Positions 62,009-64,000 of a stretch of DNA of 64,000 bases are shown piece by piece. The position numbers were made by a program, and so were the translations under genes. This DNA comes from an uncultured delta proteobacterium (GTDB taxonomy: Bacteria > Desulfobacterota > Desulfuromonadia > Geobacterales > DSM-12255), in NCBI GenBank assembly GCA_963787125.1, contig CAWBBV010000007.1, positions 256,001 through 320,000 on the forward strand. Direction: 5' to 3'. Every line of letters starts with the position of its first letter. The first letter of the stretch is position 1. The notes under the pieces are model-generated. The model saw nothing but the letters and a program-made list of their open reading frames with translations. It was not told the DNA's origin and made no database searches.

Positions 62009-62938
62009 TCAGAAGTCCTGGAGCTGTTTGTACTTTTTCTTGCTTTCGGTGAGCTGGGCAGAAATTTTTTCAGGAAGGACAGCTTTAAGTTCCTTGGCAC
62101 TACTCATGAACTCATCATCTGATTTTTTTACTGCAGCAGCATATATTTCGGAGGTTCCGGCAGTGGAAGTGATAGTCGAGTGAAGTTTTGAATATGATTC
62201 ATTTAGTTTAGTTAGTGCATCTCTGCTTGCGGCGAATTTTTCTGGTGCCTTGCCAACTCGCATTACCAGGGTGTTAACATCGTTAATAGCTGATTTTGAT
62301 AATTTTTGTTCGGCTGCCGTAAGGTTGGTTGATATTCCGCTCTTCATGTCTGTAGTAAGGCGACCGCTGATCTTTATTTCAAGATCACGGGCCGACTTGA
62401 TTACCCAAATAGCCCGCACATAATTTTCAGTGTATTTTGTAGCAAGCATATCCTGATACCAGTAATAACCACCACCCGCGGAAAAAATCACGATTACTGC
62501 AAGGGCCGCCGCTAACTGTGCTGGCCCCCCTGGAAGTCTGAATCCTGATATTTTTGTAGAGGCTTTGGAGGCAGAGGTGAAAGGGTCATGGTGAACATGC
62601 GTTGTGCCCCCGATTTTTATCTTGCTGAGGATGTTAAAAGAGGCCAGCAGCTTGCCAAGCTGTTTCTTGGCAGAAGACGTTGTTTCAATAACCAGAAAAT
62701 CCGGGTAAATGGCGTGGCAGCTCAGGCAATAGATTGCAGACCCTGGACGATTGCCGCATTCAGCACAGGAGATATCATCAGCCTTATAAAGAGCCCGCCT
62801 TGCAAACGATACTTTGCGGATGACAAGGTTCGCGCTGCATTCAGAACATTTATTAAATGAACCTTCAGGGGGGATGTCGGCAGAGTCAAATTCTATCTGT
62901 GCATTACATTTTGGGCATGAAGATGTCATCTTAAGCAA
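62009..62938 (-). CDS. Zinc-ribbon (MJ0042-like) membrane-anchored protein
   Basis: CPKC/CSEC and CAEC/CLSC pairs, one TM helix, helical C-terminal domain. Confidence 0.7.
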   Translation of the reverse strand: MLKMTSSCPKCNAQIEFDSADIPPEGSFNKCSECSANLVIRKVSFARRALYKADDISCAECGNRPGSAIYCLSCHAIYPDFLVIETTSSAKKQLGKLLASFNILSKIKIGGTTHVHHDPFTSASKASTKISGFRLPGGPAQLAAALAVIVIFSAGGGYYWYQDMLATKYTENYVRAIWVIKSARDLEIKISGRLTTDMKSGISTNLTAAEQKLSKSAINDVNTLVMRVGKAPEKFAASRDALTKLNESYSKLHSTITSTAGTSEIYAAAVKKSDDEFMSSAKELKAVLPEKISAQLTESKKKYKQLQDF

Positions 62939-62971
62939 TCACCCTCTTATTAGCGAACTTAATTTCCGGAA

Positions 62972-63466
62972 TCAAAGCGCGTACCTGGAAGCCATGTCGC
63001 AAAAAGCGCCATCATCGGCGCGAATTATGTCATCCAGGCTGACATTATCTATTGTCGAAGGTGCTGTTACGCCATCAGGCCCTTTACTGTATAAATCAAA
63101 GTCTGAGTTCATTAGACCTGGCCCAGTGCGTTCTAAATGAGCGGTATCCCTGTATACGTATGGCGAACCCCAAGGGTCCAGCAAATCTTGTCCCCCTATC
63201 TGTTCAAGACTTTCTGGGATTTTACCCTGGTCTGTGGCAAAAGCAGATATCTCTTTTTCAAGATTACGTATTTCGGAGCGACACCTCGCAACTTTGGCCT
63301 TGTTTATAAATTCCGAAAATCCGACCATTGCCATTGTTGCAAGAACTCCAATTATTGAAACCACAATTAGCAGCTCTACAAGCGTAAAGCCACGGTTGTT
63401 TTGAGCAGTGCCTACAAAACCCAAACGCTTTAACCGTAAATTGGACGCTCCGTGATTAATTGCCAT
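62972..63466 (-). CDS. Type II secretion pseudopilin (GspG-like) / prepilin
   Basis: G|FTLVELLIVVSIIGVLA, DPWGSPYVY, FDLYSKGPDG. Confidence 0.85.
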   Translation of the reverse strand: MAINHGASNLRLKRLGFVGTAQNNRGFTLVELLIVVSIIGVLATMAMVGFSEFINKAKVARCRSEIRNLEKEISAFATDQGKIPESLEQIGGQDLLDPWGSPYVYRDTAHLERTGPGLMNSDFDLYSKGPDGVTAPSTIDNVSLDDIIRADDGAFCDMASRYAL

Positions 63467-63618
63467 TTTGATTGTCCATGTATACTTGATTCCACATGCG
63501 TGCGACTGAATTGATAAATTTAATGTTTTGATATTCGGTTAATTTCCGGTTATTTTCAAGCAAAAAAGCATTGTTAGGCATTATTTGTTTTTATTGGAAA
63601 GGCAGAAGGTAAAGCAAG

Positions 63619-64000
63619 ATGACCGGCAAGATCGATTCTCTCCTTAAAAAACTGAAGCTTCGCTGGAAGATGCTGGTCATGGTGCTTCCCCTTGTCATTA
63701 TTCCGATTCTCATTGTGGGCGGAGTGACCGGCTATATTGCCAATCATCATGCCTATCTGGGGATCACCCAGGCGAGTAAGGACGATCTCGATCATATGGC
63801 GAGCTTTACCATTGACCTTCTCCAGTCGCATCATCAACAGTTTCAGGTCTACAAACAGGACAAGGAGAGAATATTCAAGCAGGAGTTGGCAGCTCTGGCG
63901 ACTCTTTCATACAATATGGTTGAAGCGCAAAGCCGGCAGTTATCTGTCGGGCGGATTGATCGCAATACTGCCTTGCAAGAAGCCCGGAGCGCATTGAAAA
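63619..64000 (+). CDS. Partial membrane sensor protein (Cache-type sensor kinase or chemoreceptor N-terminus)
   Basis: MTGKIDSLLKKLKLRWKMLVMVLPLVIIPILIVGG... reading frame open to the window end. Confidence 0.6.
   Translation, partial: MTGKIDSLLKKLKLRWKMLVMVLPLVIIPILIVGGVTGYIANHHAYLGITQASKDDLDHMASFTIDLLQSHHQQFQVYKQDKERIFKQELAALATLSYNMVEAQSRQLSVGRIDRNTALQEARSALK

Noticed and set aside
62714..62730. CLSCH in the zinc-ribbon protein as a heme c site
   Set aside because: It precedes the TM helix with no signal peptide and pairs with CAEC as a zinc ribbon.

Overview
A Geobacteraceae-like (Desulfobacterota) chromosomal window; the taxon is inferred from gene content. Left to right: housekeeping genes (cyclic-nucleotide PDE-like MBL hydrolase, pgeF, rluD, degP-like); a ~22.5-kb surface-glycan island (cysD/cysNC, glycosyltransferases, methyltransferases, radical SAM, GT-C membrane protein, wecB); sucCD; a giant ~41-heme extracellular-type cytochrome c with three near-identical 660-bp tandem repeats; a nitrate-to-ammonium cluster (diheme cytochrome, narGHJI, two narK, triheme c7 cytochrome, PAS protein, ferredoxin, octaheme nitrite reductase) interrupted by an IS6-like element with an 8-bp TSD; then bamD, typA, a metallophosphoesterase, tilS-ftsH-folP-cdaA-cdaR-glmM-pdxJ, a zinc-ribbon protein, a pseudopilin and a partial sensor gene. 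The most unusual structure is 7626-9446. The 5' end of one GT2 gene occurs four times. The copies are separated by an MNT-HEPN toxin-antitoxin pair, a GxxExxY nuclease gene with 8-nt-periodic palindromic arms, and an empty palindromic unit that shares the same junction and carries the RBS/start used by the intact gene. This looks like a cassette-accretion or non-autonomous mobile system. Also notable are PPR-like 37-aa repeats on a radical SAM/SPASM protein and matching Fnr/HcpR-like boxes before the nar and nitrite reductase genes. Seven single-base frameshifts (narG, sucD x2, wecB x2, two island genes) are probably sequencing errors.
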